A stretch of DNA of 64,000 nt, taken from an uncultured Candidatus Saccharibacteria bacterium (GTDB taxonomy: Bacteria; Patescibacteriota; UBA1384; XYA2-FULL-43-10; 1-14-0-10-43-13). Under the pieces are notes generated by a model. The model was not told the DNA's origin. It saw only the letters and a list, made by a program, of their open reading frames with translations, and did not search any database. Below are positions 1 through 9,534 of the stretch, piece after piece (position 1 is the stretch's first letter; each line of letters begins with the position of its first letter). The stretch covers positions 1,924-65,923 of the forward strand of contig CAYOQP010000004.1 of NCBI GenBank assembly GCA_964406145.1. Direction: 5' to 3'. The position numbers were made by a program, and so were the translations under genes.

Positions 1-97
1 CAAAATAATGCTTCAAGTCTTGTGCTCGAATAATCATAAGGTTTTCCGTTGCTTCTATCTCGGAAAAATATTTCAAGTAATCTTTTTTAACAAACAT
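1..97 (-). CDS. Partial small protein, probably ferritin/rubrerythrin-like half domain (runs off window start)
   Basis: Not in ORF track; read by hand: AGGAGG SD then ATG at 97, MFVKKDYLKYFSEIEATENLMIIRAQDLKHYF..., open to window edge. Confidence 0.6.
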   Translation of the reverse strand, partial: MFVKKDYLKYFSEIEATENLMIIRAQDLKHYF

Positions 98-105
98 AAT
101 TCCTC

Positions 106-318
106 CTAGGCCATTTCGTTTAGTTTTTGCAATATTTCTACATGTTTCTTTGAGTCAACCACTAATCTTGCGAGGCTTTCCTTAATATATTTCTCTTCTT
201 CGTCGGTGAACGGCGACCAGAAAAGAGAATCTTGAAGATGGCGCTCATAGATCGGTATCGCCATCTCTTCAACGACGATCGAATCACTGATCGTGCTTTT
301 GACGTTTTCTTTATCCAT
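106..318 (-). CDS. Small two-helix ferritin/rubrerythrin-like protein (70 aa)
   Basis: GAGGAG SD; EEMAIPIY...LARLVVDSKKH resembles the ExxAxxxY...(E/D)xxH half of a ferritin-like bundle. Confidence 0.6.
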   Translation of the reverse strand: MDKENVKSTISDSIVVEEMAIPIYERHLQDSLFWSPFTDEEEKYIKESLARLVVDSKKHVEILQKLNEMA

Positions 319-396
319 TTTTTTCTCCTCTTAAAGATGCTAATTTGTTGTTACGATTATATAATACCACGTCAGAAAAATATAATGACAACACAT

Positions 397-425
397 TTGT
401 AGATTTTCGCAATATTATATATAAT
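397..425 (+). promoter_or_regulatory. Sigma70-type promoter for pilin gene
   Basis: TTGTAG-17 bp-TATAAT. Confidence 0.5.
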
Positions 426-455
426 TTTATTAAAATAAAATTAACAAAGACGAAA

Positions 456-890
456 ATGCCAACAACAAAAAATGGGTTTACTCTAATAGAAATTATTATC
501 GCTGTCCTGATCATCACGACTATTTTTCTGGTGGCTCTTTTCCTTATCAACCCCAAAAGACAATCATCTGAAGGCAAGGACGCTCAGAGAAAAAATGATG
601 TTAGCACTATTCTTAACGCTGTCTATCGCTATCATTCAGACAACAGTAGTGTTTTTCCAGCGTCTATCACAACTTCTAATACTGAGATTTGTGATATTGG
701 CAAGGATTGTTCTGGTCTGGCGGACTTGTCAGCACTTACTGTCAAAGAAAAATATCTCGTTTCCATGCCAAAAGATCCAAGTTGCACTTCGCAAAATGGT
801 ACATGTTACATGATATCCAAGGACAGCAGTGGCCGTCTTACTGTTTCGGCGCCAAATGCCGAAAAGACCAAAATAACTGCCACTAAATAA
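456..890 (+). CDS. Type IV pilin / prepilin-type N-methylation domain protein
   Basis: Start moved to ATG 456; KNG|FTLIEIIIAVLII class III signal with E5, hydrophobic helix, DAQRKND, four Cys in the head domain. Confidence 0.9.
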   Translation: MPTTKNGFTLIEIIIAVLIITTIFLVALFLINPKRQSSEGKDAQRKNDVSTILNAVYRYHSDNSSVFPASITTSNTEICDIGKDCSGLADLSALTVKEKYLVSMPKDPSCTSQNGTCYMISKDSSGRLTVSAPNAEKTKITATK

Positions 891-902
891 TTTTCAAATA
901 CT

Positions 903-2729
903 TTATTGAGCTTTAGATTTTCGAGCCTTGAGTCTCAGAGTTGGATCAAGGATCTTTTTGCGAAGTCGCAAATTTTTTGGTGTCACTTCGAGTAACTCAT
1001 CGTCTTCAAGGAAGTCGATACACTGCTCAAGTGACAAAATAGTCGGGGGAGTAAGGACCGTAATAGCGTCAGCGCTAGCCGCACGCATATTGGTTAATTG
1101 CTTTTCTTTATTGACGTTGATTTCAAGATCATCTTCGCGTTGGTTTAGGCCAACGATCATGCCAGCATAGACTTCGGTCTGTGGATGAATAAAGGTGGTA
1201 CCGCGTTGCTGAGCAATATTGAGGCCATAAGCTACCGCTTTGCCACTAGAAAAGGCGATTAAGACACCATTTCGAAGCTTTGGGATGATCCCGCCAGCTT
1301 TTTCATAGCGCAAAAACATTGTATTCATGATCGCAGTACCCTTTGATGCTGTCATTAAGACGTTGCGAAGTCCAAGTGTGCCACGAGTGGTGATCTCAAA
1401 GACAAGGCGGGTTGTACCATCACTATTTTCTTCCTGATGCATGAGGATACCACGTCTCTTGTTGAGCTCGCCAATGATATTGCTAGCAAATTCCGAGGCA
1501 ACGTCTATCGTGACTTCTTCGACTGGCTCACAAGTCTCATTGTCAATTACTCTGGTGATGACTTTTGGCTTGCCGACTTGAAGTTCGAAGCCTTCTCGAC
1601 GAAGAGTTTCGATGAAGACTGAAAGGTGGAGCTCACCGCGACCAGAGAGAATAAATTCGCCATTTTCGTCAGTTGCAATTCTCATCGAGACGTTTGTCTC
1701 GAGCTCTTTGATAATTCGGTCATGAAGATGACGAGCGGTGACAAATTTGCCTTCGCGTCCAGCAAAAGGTGAAGTGTTGGCATAAATTGAGATGCTCAAA
1801 GTTGGCTCTTCGATAGCGATAGACGGCAAAGCAGTCGGATCTTTCGGATCACAGACAGTGTCTCCGATGGAAGCATTCTTAAGTCCGGCAATCGAAACGA
1901 TATCCCCAGAAGTTGCTTCTTTGACCTCGATTTTCTTTAAGCCTTCAGTTATATAGATTTTTTCAATTTTGCCAGTGTCTCTTGTGCCTTCCTGATTGGC
2001 AAGGACGATTGGCATACCAGCGGTGGCACGGCCACTCTTGATCTTGCCTATTGAGTATTTACCCATGAAATTATCCCAGTCAAGAGCAGAGATCAGCATT
2101 TTGAAAGGCTTATCGTTTTCCTGGATAGGCGCAGGAACATATTTAATGATTGAGTCCAGTATCGGAGTTAGGTCGGCAGGAGCGGTTTCATCTTCTGGAA
2201 AAGCATCCCAAGCCTTGCCTTCGCGGCCGATGGCATAATAAATCGGAAATTCGAGTTGAGAATCTTCCTGAGCAAGCTCTAAGAAAAGGTCGTAAGTTTT
2301 ATCAATTGTTTTTGGAACATCAGCATTAACTTTGTCAATCTTGTTGATAACGACAATTAATTTAAGTCCTAAGGCAAAAGCTTTTTTAAGCACAAACTTA
2401 GTCTGAGGCATTGGGCCTTCTTGTGCATCAATCAAAAGGATGGCACCGTCGGCCATAGATAGAGTTCGTTCGACTTCGCCACCAAAATCAGCGTGGCCAG
2501 GAGTGTCGATAATGTTAATCTTGACGTCTTTGTAGTGAACAGCGGTATTTTTGGCCAGAATAGTAATACCACGTTCTTTTTCCTGATCGTTTGAGTCCAT
2601 GATTAGGTCCTGAGACATGGCGGCCTCATTTTCTCTAAAAGTTTTTGACTGCTTCAAGAGTCCATCGACTAGAGTTGTCTTGCCGTGGTCAACGTGAGCG
2701 ATGATTGCAACGTTTCGTATTTCCATCAT
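903..2729 (-). CDS. typA: Translational GTPase TypA/BipA
   Basis: [50 protein letters not shown]-terminal [16 protein letters not shown]. Confidence 0.97.
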   Translation of the reverse strand: MMEIRNVAIIAHVDHGKTTLVDGLLKQSKTFRENEAAMSQDLIMDSNDQEKERGITILAKNTAVHYKDVKINIIDTPGHADFGGEVERTLSMADGAILLIDAQEGPMPQTKFVLKKAFALGLKLIVVINKIDKVNADVPKTIDKTYDLFLELAQEDSQLEFPIYYAIGREGKAWDAFPEDETAPADLTPILDSIIKYVPAPIQENDKPFKMLISALDWDNFMGKYSIGKIKSGRATAGMPIVLANQEGTRDTGKIEKIYITEGLKKIEVKEATSGDIVSIAGLKNASIGDTVCDPKDPTALPSIAIEEPTLSISIYANTSPFAGREGKFVTARHLHDRIIKELETNVSMRIATDENGEFILSGRGELHLSVFIETLRREGFELQVGKPKVITRVIDNETCEPVEEVTIDVASEFASNIIGELNKRRGILMHQEENSDGTTRLVFEITTRGTLGLRNVLMTASKGTAIMNTMFLRYEKAGGIIPKLRNGVLIAFSSGKAVAYGLNIAQQRGTTFIHPQTEVYAGMIVGLNQREDDLEINVNKEKQLTNMRAASADAITVLTPPTILSLEQCIDFLEDDELLEVTPKNLRLRKKILDPTLRLKARKSKAQ

Positions 2730-2740
2730 TTCCTTAAAAA

Positions 2741-4012
2741 TTAATATTGATGTCCGGTTTTTGCCTCGACAAATGTATAGGCAATACCAGTTTTGTCGCC
2801 ACGGCCTGTTCGACCGATTCGATGAATGTAATCGTCGTAGGTCTGAGGTATGGTGTAATTAATAACGTGAGTAATATCTTTAATATCAAGTCCGCGAGCG
2901 GCAACATCGGTAGCAACCAAAATATTAACAGTATTTGTTTTAAATGCTGTCAGGGCTCGCAGTCTCTGATTTTGCTTTTTGTCGCCATGGATTGATTCGG
3001 CGCGGAAGCCTTCAGAAATAAGATTATCGGTTAACTTCTCCACTTCTCTTTTTGTTTCAGAAAAGACCAAAACTTTTTTAAGTTCCGGCTGTGACAAAAG
3101 TTCCTGCAATTGATTAAATTTGATTGCTTTATCTCGGACACGAATGATATCCTGATTGACGTTACAAGCGGCCTGGCCGGAATTTATCTCAATAGTGATT
3201 GGATCCTTCTGAAATCGGAGAACTAAGTCTCTGATTTTGTCTGGCATAGTCGCTGAGAAGAAAAGAGTTTGTCTGACTTCCTGTACTTCGCTCATAATCT
3301 GTTTGATATCGTCGACAAATCCCATATCAAGCATACGGTCGACTTCGTCTACGACAATATTGTTAAACATGCCAAAATTAAGTACTTTTCGCTCAGCGAG
3401 ATCTTTCAATCGTCCTGGAGTACCGATAACAAAGTTAGGATTTCTTTCGAAATTGTGAATTTGTTTATAAATTGGAGCGCCACCAACACAAGCAGCTGAG
3501 AATATTTTCATATTCCAAGAAAATTGTCTGAGCTCGTTGTCAATCTGAAGTGCCAGTTCTCTGGTCGGAGCAATGATCAGAACTTTCTGTGATCTGTCGG
3601 CAAAAACTTTATTGATCAATGGCAAAAGAAACGCACCTGTCTTACCTGTGCCAGTACTGGCAAGACCAATAAGATCTCGACCCCCTATAATGTGATTTAT
3701 TGCCTGGTCTTGGATTGGCGTAGGGATGGAATACTTTTTAAATCTTAAATTCGTTTTGATTTCATCACATAGAGAAAAATCATCAAACGTGTTCTTGGTC
3801 TGATATTCGGGCTTTTTCTCGATTGTGCCAGAATTTTGAATGAATTTGGAGACGTCGATTGACTCTCCGCGTCTTCGTTTCGAAGACGAATTAGAAGAGA
3901 ACCTGCTTTTGTTGCCAAAGCGAGAAGAGGATCTATTTGCACTAAATCCGCGATCATTAGATCTGTTTTTCGAACCAAATTGTCTACTCGAACCACTGTT
4001 GTGAAACGGCAT
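2741..4012 (-). CDS. DEAD/DEAH-box RNA helicase with R/S-rich N-terminal extension
   Basis: Q motif PTPIQ, TGTGKT, PTRELA, TPGR, DEVD, SAT, ARGLD, HRIGRTGR. Confidence 0.95.
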   Translation of the reverse strand: MPFHNSGSSRQFGSKNRSNDRGFSANRSSSRFGNKSRFSSNSSSKRRRGESIDVSKFIQNSGTIEKKPEYQTKNTFDDFSLCDEIKTNLRFKKYSIPTPIQDQAINHIIGGRDLIGLASTGTGKTGAFLLPLINKVFADRSQKVLIIAPTRELALQIDNELRQFSWNMKIFSAACVGGAPIYKQIHNFERNPNFVIGTPGRLKDLAERKVLNFGMFNNIVVDEVDRMLDMGFVDDIKQIMSEVQEVRQTLFFSATMPDKIRDLVLRFQKDPITIEINSGQAACNVNQDIIRVRDKAIKFNQLQELLSQPELKKVLVFSETKREVEKLTDNLISEGFRAESIHGDKKQNQRLRALTAFKTNTVNILVATDVAARGLDIKDITHVINYTIPQTYDDYIHRIGRTGRGDKTGIAYTFVEAKTGHQY

Positions 4013-4145
4013 GATTGTTTTCCAATTGCCAAAATTTGCAAAGCAAAAAGCGGCAAAATAATTAATAAATTTCGAATTGCTGTATAGAACATCGAAATTA
4101 CTAACTACTTTTCGGAAATCTATAGAACAATTAAACGATGGATAT

Positions 4146-4174
4146 ATAATAACACAATTTAAAATTTAATGCAA
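4146..4174 (-). promoter_or_regulatory. Sigma70-type promoter for helicase-typA operon
   Basis: Minus strand TTGCAT-17 bp-TATTAT with TGn extension. Confidence 0.6.
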
Positions 4175-4309
4175 TAGCTATGTGTCCGCATGGAATTGAA
4201 TTGTGGTTTGGATTGTAATAGTATTTGAGTGCATAGAAATGGCTGAAAATAAAAGTGCTTTAAGTATATATTTTTGATAAAATATATTAAGGATTTATAA
4301 AAAAATAAG

Positions 4310-5320
4310 ATGGAGGAAGATATGGATCAGTTCGAACAAACAACTAGCGAAAAAAAGGCCGCAAAATCTAAATTATTCATGTGGATTGGTATTCTTCTGG
4401 TCGTTCTGGTCGTTGCCGGCGGAACTTATTGGTTTTTGGTAAAAAATGATTCCGTTACAGAAGAGAATGCCAATGATCAAGTTGCTGATGCCGAAGAAGA
4501 AGCGGCCAAAGCAAAAGATCCAAGCCAATACAACTGGTCGACGATGGATCAAGGACCCTATAAGGATAGTATTGGTTATGCTATGGGCGCAAATCCGACA
4601 ACGTGGTTTGACTCTAAGATCATTTTAGCTGAGCATGCTAGTGTTCCTGATGCGATTCTGAAAAATGGCGTAATTCATGTATATTTTGTCGATGTTTCCG
4701 AAGATGGCAAACCTGAACAAATTGGTCACATCCAGTCTTCTGATAATGGTAAGACTTGGAGCAAAAAGACGATCTTAACTATCTCTGGTTTAGGAGATAA
4801 GGTTGCAGTAGATCCAAACCCATATTTATTGCCAGACGGAAAGATCAGGCTTTATTATTTTGATATTAGTAAAACCCGCACAGAAGGAACGGAAAACAAC
4901 TCAATTTACTCTGCGATTTCAGCCGATGGTATCAATTTTACAGAGGAAGAGGGTGTTCGTTTCAAATATAAGGGCATTTATGATCCTAGCGTTATTAAAG
5001 TCGGTGACGCTTGGAGATTATATGTCGGCACAGATGAAAACAATGTGCTTTCGGCCACCTCGGCTGATGGTTTGAACTTTGTTTATGAAGGGGTTGCCCT
5101 GTCTGGCGGGTCAATTCCTAAGGTGATTTATACGGATGACCTTTATTATCTCTATACTGGAGGTATTCAGATTTCAACGTCTAGCGACGGTAAGATTTTT
5201 AAAAAGACTATGGATCGATTTGATATTGGTGGACTTACGGCTGATCCTGGCGTGATCAAGCTTGCCGACGGCACTTACTTCATGGTTTATAAAACTAAGA
5301 TTGATAAGGCACAGCCTTAA
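4310..5320 (+). CDS. Membrane-anchored beta-propeller protein with BNR/Asp-box repeats (sialidase/glycosidase-like)
   Basis: N-terminal TM helix; repeats SSDNGKTW, SADGINF, SADGLNF, SSDGKIF and xDPxV blade motifs. Confidence 0.75.
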   Translation: MEEDMDQFEQTTSEKKAAKSKLFMWIGILLVVLVVAGGTYWFLVKNDSVTEENANDQVADAEEEAAKAKDPSQYNWSTMDQGPYKDSIGYAMGANPTTWFDSKIILAEHASVPDAILKNGVIHVYFVDVSEDGKPEQIGHIQSSDNGKTWSKKTILTISGLGDKVAVDPNPYLLPDGKIRLYYFDISKTRTEGTENNSIYSAISADGINFTEEEGVRFKYKGIYDPSVIKVGDAWRLYVGTDENNVLSATSADGLNFVYEGVALSGGSIPKVIYTDDLYYLYTGGIQISTSSDGKIFKKTMDRFDIGGLTADPGVIKLADGTYFMVYKTKIDKAQP

Positions 5321-5327
5321 GGACAAT

Positions 5328-5633
5328 ATGGAAAAAATAAAAAAAATTGGTCTTCTAAACGCACTCGGAGTTTTGATTTATATTTCTCTCGTTGCCATTT
5401 TAATAGATAATGGCGAAAAAATCTTTGGCCAGGTTAATGATTATGTCGGTCCAATAGCGTTTCTACTTCTTTTTACAATTTCGGCTGCTGCTGTTGGCGG
5501 ATTAGTCCTTGGACAGCCAATAATTCTTTATTTCGAAGAAAAGAAGAAAGAGGCGATTCAACTATTTTTCGCGATCATGGGTTGGCTTGTTCTCTTTATG
5601 GCTATTGCGCTAATTACAGCTACTCTGCTATAA
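5328..5633 (+). CDS. Small three-TM membrane protein
   Basis: Start moved to ATG 5328 after AAGGA; three hydrophobic segments. Confidence 0.75.
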   Translation: MEKIKKIGLLNALGVLIYISLVAILIDNGEKIFGQVNDYVGPIAFLLLFTISAAAVGGLVLGQPIILYFEEKKKEAIQLFFAIMGWLVLFMAIALITATLL

Positions 5634-5669
5634 CTATTGCTCCAAGTTTAAGAAATTAATAAAGAAATT

Positions 5670-6356
5670 GTGAAGAATTTTAAATATCTCGATATTATCA
5701 CTGTGTTTTTCGTTGTCGTTCTTTTGGTGTCCAATGTGGCATCAACAAAAATTGCCAAAGTTGGCTTTATGGAGCTTGATGGTGGAACCATTCTATTTCC
5801 ATTAAGCTACATTTTCAATGACGTGCTTACCGAAGTTTATGGCTATTCGCGATCTAGGAAAGTAATATGGTTGGGATTCTTCAGTGCGATTTTGATGGTT
5901 GGCGTATTTAGTCTTGTTGGTGTTTTACCTTCGGCTAATGGTTGGGACAATCAGGATGCGTATCAAAAGATTCTTGGACAGACTCCGCGCATAGTTCTGG
6001 CTAGCTTGGTGGCATATTTTTTTGGGGAATTTACCAATTCATTTATTCTGGCCAAGATGAAAGTTGCTACGAAGGGCAAATGGCTTTGGACAAGAACCAT
6101 AACCTCGACGATATTCGGAGAGCTAATCGATAGTATTTTATTTATTCTTATTGCATTTAGCGGCGTCTTACCCATCAGTCTTATTGTGAGCTTAATAGTT
6201 TTTAACTATGTGTTTAAGACCATTATCGAAGTTATTCTTACTCCGGCGACATATGCAATTGTTAATTTCTTGAAGAAAAAAGAGTCAGAAGATTTTTTTG
6301 ACAATAAAACAAATTTTAATCCTTTTATAATCTCGACTAGTAATAATAAAAAATAA
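5670..6356 (+). CDS. yhhQ: Queuosine precursor transporter (VUT/YhhQ family)
   Basis: SNVASTK, FPLSYIFNDVLTEVYG, RIVLASLVAY, LWTRTITSTIFGELIDS. Confidence 0.9.
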   Translation: MKNFKYLDIITVFFVVVLLVSNVASTKIAKVGFMELDGGTILFPLSYIFNDVLTEVYGYSRSRKVIWLGFFSAILMVGVFSLVGVLPSANGWDNQDAYQKILGQTPRIVLASLVAYFFGEFTNSFILAKMKVATKGKWLWTRTITSTIFGELIDSILFILIAFSGVLPISLIVSLIVFNYVFKTIIEVILTPATYAIVNFLKKKESEDFFDNKTNFNPFIISTSNNKK

Positions 6357-6368
6357 TCTCAATAAATT

Positions 6369-6998
6369 ATGAACAAAAAAACGCTCATTTTGGATTTTGA
6401 CGGTGTAATTGCTGATTCATTTGACTATTGTCTCAAAATCAACCAAACCGTTGTCGGTGATATTACTGCCGATGAATATAAAAATATGTTCCTTGGTAAT
6501 TTTTATGAGGCACACAGAAAAAGGGTCCCCGAGTCAGAATCAATAGAGAACAAGAAAAGATATTGGAAGATTTTTCTTAGTGGTATTGATCAAATTCATT
6601 TAGTTGGTGGTATTGCTGAAATTTTAAATACTTTGTCTAATGATTTTAGACTGGTAATTATTTCCTCGGCGACTTCTGATGTGGTAAAGGCTATCTTGAA
6701 CAGAGAGGGTATTTCCGGATACATTACAAAAATCTTTGGTGCAGATGTTAGCGAGAGTAAGTTTCTCAAATTTAAAATGTTTTTTAATGAATATTGTGTT
6801 CAATCATCCGATTGTCTTTTCGTTACTGATACTCTTGGTGATCTTTTGGAAGCCGAAAAGGCTGGTGTTAAAAGTCTTGCTGTTAGTTGGGGCTTTCATG
6901 ATGTAAAAACATTAGAGAGGGGAAATCCGCTAAAAATTGTTGACAGCCCAAAAGATTTACTTAGGGAAATAGAACAATATTATTTGCAATCCAATTGA
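6369..6998 (+). CDS. HAD-family hydrolase (phosphoglycolate phosphatase-like)
   Basis: DFDGVIADS motif I, ISS motif II, K, TDTLGD motif IV, AVSWGF. Confidence 0.9.
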   Translation: MNKKTLILDFDGVIADSFDYCLKINQTVVGDITADEYKNMFLGNFYEAHRKRVPESESIENKKRYWKIFLSGIDQIHLVGGIAEILNTLSNDFRLVIISSATSDVVKAILNREGISGYITKIFGADVSESKFLKFKMFFNEYCVQSSDCLFVTDTLGDLLEAEKAGVKSLAVSWGFHDVKTLERGNPLKIVDSPKDLLREIEQYYLQSN

Positions 6999-7023
6999 AA
7001 AAAAGCATCAATAAGACTATCAT
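6995..7023 (+). promoter_or_regulatory. Sigma70-type promoter, near-leaderless, for the sugar transferase genes
   Basis: TTGAAA-17 bp-TATCAT, 8 nt before ATG 7032. Confidence 0.55.
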
Positions 7024-7031
7024 TATTAATA

Positions 7032-8447
7032 ATGAAACGATCTGAACTTTTCTTTACATTTATATTGCTTCCGATTGATATCGCCATGTTCGTTTTTTCT
7101 TTTATATTGGCGTATTATTTTCGTTCTCATCTAGAAGCTCCTTTTTCAACCGATGCAAGCCTGAACACTTACATCGCTTACTCTCTTTTTCTAATTCCGG
7201 TTCTTGTTCTCTTCTTCTCGCTAAACGGTCTTTATAATAGAAGAAATTATACGGGTTACTGGTCGGAGTTTTATAAGGTAGCTGTTTCGGTTTCTACGAC
7301 AATTTTAATTTTAATTGTTGCAATATTTTTATCAAAGTCTCTTTTCTTTTCTCGTTTGATCCTTGTTTTCACTTGGGCGCTTGCCTTGTTTATGGTTTCT
7401 TTTGGTAGGGCGATGCTCAGAGTTATTGAACGATATTTTCTGCGTTACGGTATCGGGGTTAGAAATATTTTATTAGTTGGCAATAATGAAGTCTCAGAAA
7501 AAATAGCTTCAGAGCTGAAAAAACAAATCAATTCGAGCTATAGATTGATTGGTGTTGTAACAACTGAAAACGAAGCTGTATCGAACCTGAAAGTTTTAGG
7601 CGATATTGACAATATTTCGATGTTGCTCAAAAAACACAATATTGATGAAGTAGTGTTGACTGATAATGGCATCTCGAGCAAAAAGCTGATGTCTTTGATT
7701 CAGACCTGCGAAGACGGTAAGATTGATTTTAAATATGCTCCAGATTTGTTCGGTATCTTGATCAGTAGTTTTCGCCCAAGCCTAGTTGGTTCGACTTTTG
7801 TTATGGAATTAAGACGAATTCCCCTGGACGGTTGGGGCAGAATACTCAAGAGAGTTGTTGATATTGTTCTTGCTTCAATTTTATTGTTAATTTTTTCTCC
7901 AGTTATGTTGATTATTGCTATAGTAATCAAGATTACCTCTTCGGGGCCAGTATTCTATCGTCACGAGAGAATTGGTCGAGACGAAAAGAAATTCGTTTTT
8001 TATAAATTCAGATCAATGTACTGGGATAAATGTGATTTTGATGGTGGCACCAAGTGGACAACAAAAGAAGATGAAAAAACTCGAATTACACCGGTTGGTT
8101 TGATAATCAGAAAAACCAATCTTGATGAGTTGCCTCAATTTTGGAATATTTTGATTGGGGACATGAGCTTCGTTGGTCCAAGACCAGAGCAGCCTAAACT
8201 TGTTGAGAAATTCGAAAAAGAGATCCCGGAGTACTTTCGTCGCCATAGAGTAAAATCTGGTCTGACGGGGTGGGCTCAGGTTAATGGATTAAAAGGGGAC
8301 ACTTCTGTTAAAGAAAGAGTTCGATATGACATTTATTATATTGAGAACTGGTCCTTGTGGTTTGATTTTAAGATAATATTAAAGACGATAGGGCTCACTA
8401 TCCATGAAACGCTCCGTGGAAAATCTGAATATCGCACTCGTACATGA
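7032..8447 (+). CDS. Polyprenyl glycosylphosphotransferase (WcaJ/WbaP/CpsE-type initiating sugar transferase)
   Basis: Four N-terminal TMs, Rossmann-like domain, KRVVD, YKFRSM, LDELPQFWNILIGDMSFVGPRPE, GLTGWAQV. Confidence 0.93.
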   Translation: MKRSELFFTFILLPIDIAMFVFSFILAYYFRSHLEAPFSTDASLNTYIAYSLFLIPVLVLFFSLNGLYNRRNYTGYWSEFYKVAVSVSTTILILIVAIFLSKSLFFSRLILVFTWALALFMVSFGRAMLRVIERYFLRYGIGVRNILLVGNNEVSEKIASELKKQINSSYRLIGVVTTENEAVSNLKVLGDIDNISMLLKKHNIDEVVLTDNGISSKKLMSLIQTCEDGKIDFKYAPDLFGILISSFRPSLVGSTFVMELRRIPLDGWGRILKRVVDIVLASILLLIFSPVMLIIAIVIKITSSGPVFYRHERIGRDEKKFVFYKFRSMYWDKCDFDGGTKWTTKEDEKTRITPVGLIIRKTNLDELPQFWNILIGDMSFVGPRPEQPKLVEKFEKEIPEYFRRHRVKSGLTGWAQVNGLKGDTSVKERVRYDIYYIENWSLWFDFKIILKTIGLTIHETLRGKSEYRTRT

Positions 8448-9504
8448 GTGGATTACCAATGTTGCAGGCGCGGAAAAAGTTCTTCTTGCGTTAAAAGAGC
8501 TTTTTCCCAAAGCTCCGATATATACGGCTGTTTATGATAAGAATAAGGCTAAACCCTTTGAGGATTTTGAGATTCATACTTCTTTTTTGCAAAATATTCC
8601 CTTCATGAAAAGCAAGCGCGAGTTGTTAGTTCCTTTTACTCCATTTGCTTTTGAACAATTCGATCTGTCTAAGTATGATCTTGCCATATCAAGCACTACT
8701 ATTGCTGCCAAAGGTGTAATTACCAAGCCAGAAACACTTCATATCTCATATTGTCATACCCCGCCACGTTATCTCTGGGATCCTCAGGTCGATCCAAGAG
8801 CGAAAAAGGGCAGATTGTCATGGTTGCGCAATAAAACAATGCATGACATGCGTATTTGGGATAGGGTCGCAGCCGATCGAGTTGATCATTATCTGGCGAA
8901 TTCACACTATATTGCCAAAAGAATTAAAAAATTTTACGGCAAAGATTCGACAGTAATATATCCTCCTGTTGATTTGGAAAGTTTTAAACTGAATAAAAAT
9001 GTCACCAGAAAAGATCATTTTCTATTCGTCTCTCGTTTAATAGACTATAAAAAGTGTGATCTCGTAATTGAAGCCTTTAATTCTCTTCAAATTCCGCTTA
9101 GAATAGTTGGCTATGGGCCGGATGAAGCCAGACTAATTAAATTAGGCAAAGATAATATTACTTTTGCCGGGCCAAAGTTTGGCGCTGATTTAGCCAAGGA
9201 ATATCAAGAGGCTAAGGCATTAGTTTTTGCCGCAGAAGAAGATTTTGGTATCGTCCCAATTGAAGCAATGGCCTGCGGGTGTCCGGTTATTGCCTATGGT
9301 AAGGGCGGTACTACGGAATCGGTTATTGATGGAAAAACAGGCATATTCTTTAAAGAACAAACAAAAGATTCCGTTATTAGTGCTGTCAAAAAGTTTGACG
9401 AAATAAAGTTTGACGAAAAATCTATTCGTGAGCAATCAGAGCGTTTTTCTAAAGAAAAATTCAAGTCCTCCTTTATGAAAGAAGTCGAAAAGTATATTTC
9501 TTAA
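8404..9504 (+). CDS. Glycosyltransferase family 4
   Basis: GAEKV, YCHTPPRY, IYPPVD, EEDFGIVPIEAMACGCPVIA (EX7E). Confidence 0.92.
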   Translation: MKRSVENLNIALVHEWITNVAGAEKVLLALKELFPKAPIYTAVYDKNKAKPFEDFEIHTSFLQNIPFMKSKRELLVPFTPFAFEQFDLSKYDLAISSTTIAAKGVITKPETLHISYCHTPPRYLWDPQVDPRAKKGRLSWLRNKTMHDMRIWDRVAADRVDHYLANSHYIAKRIKKFYGKDSTVIYPPVDLESFKLNKNVTRKDHFLFVSRLIDYKKCDLVIEAFNSLQIPLRIVGYGPDEARLIKLGKDNITFAGPKFGADLAKEYQEAKALVFAAEEDFGIVPIEAMACGCPVIAYGKGGTTESVIDGKTGIFFKEQTKDSVISAVKKFDEIKFDEKSIREQSERFSKEKFKSSFMKEVEKYIS

Positions 9505-9534
9505 AATTAAAAATAATATTTAAAAAAGGAGAAA

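Noticed and set aside
311-577. 88-aa minus-strand ORF and the 345 upstream start of the pilin
   Set aside because: Span the AT-rich divergent promoter region; pilin signal begins at ATG 456
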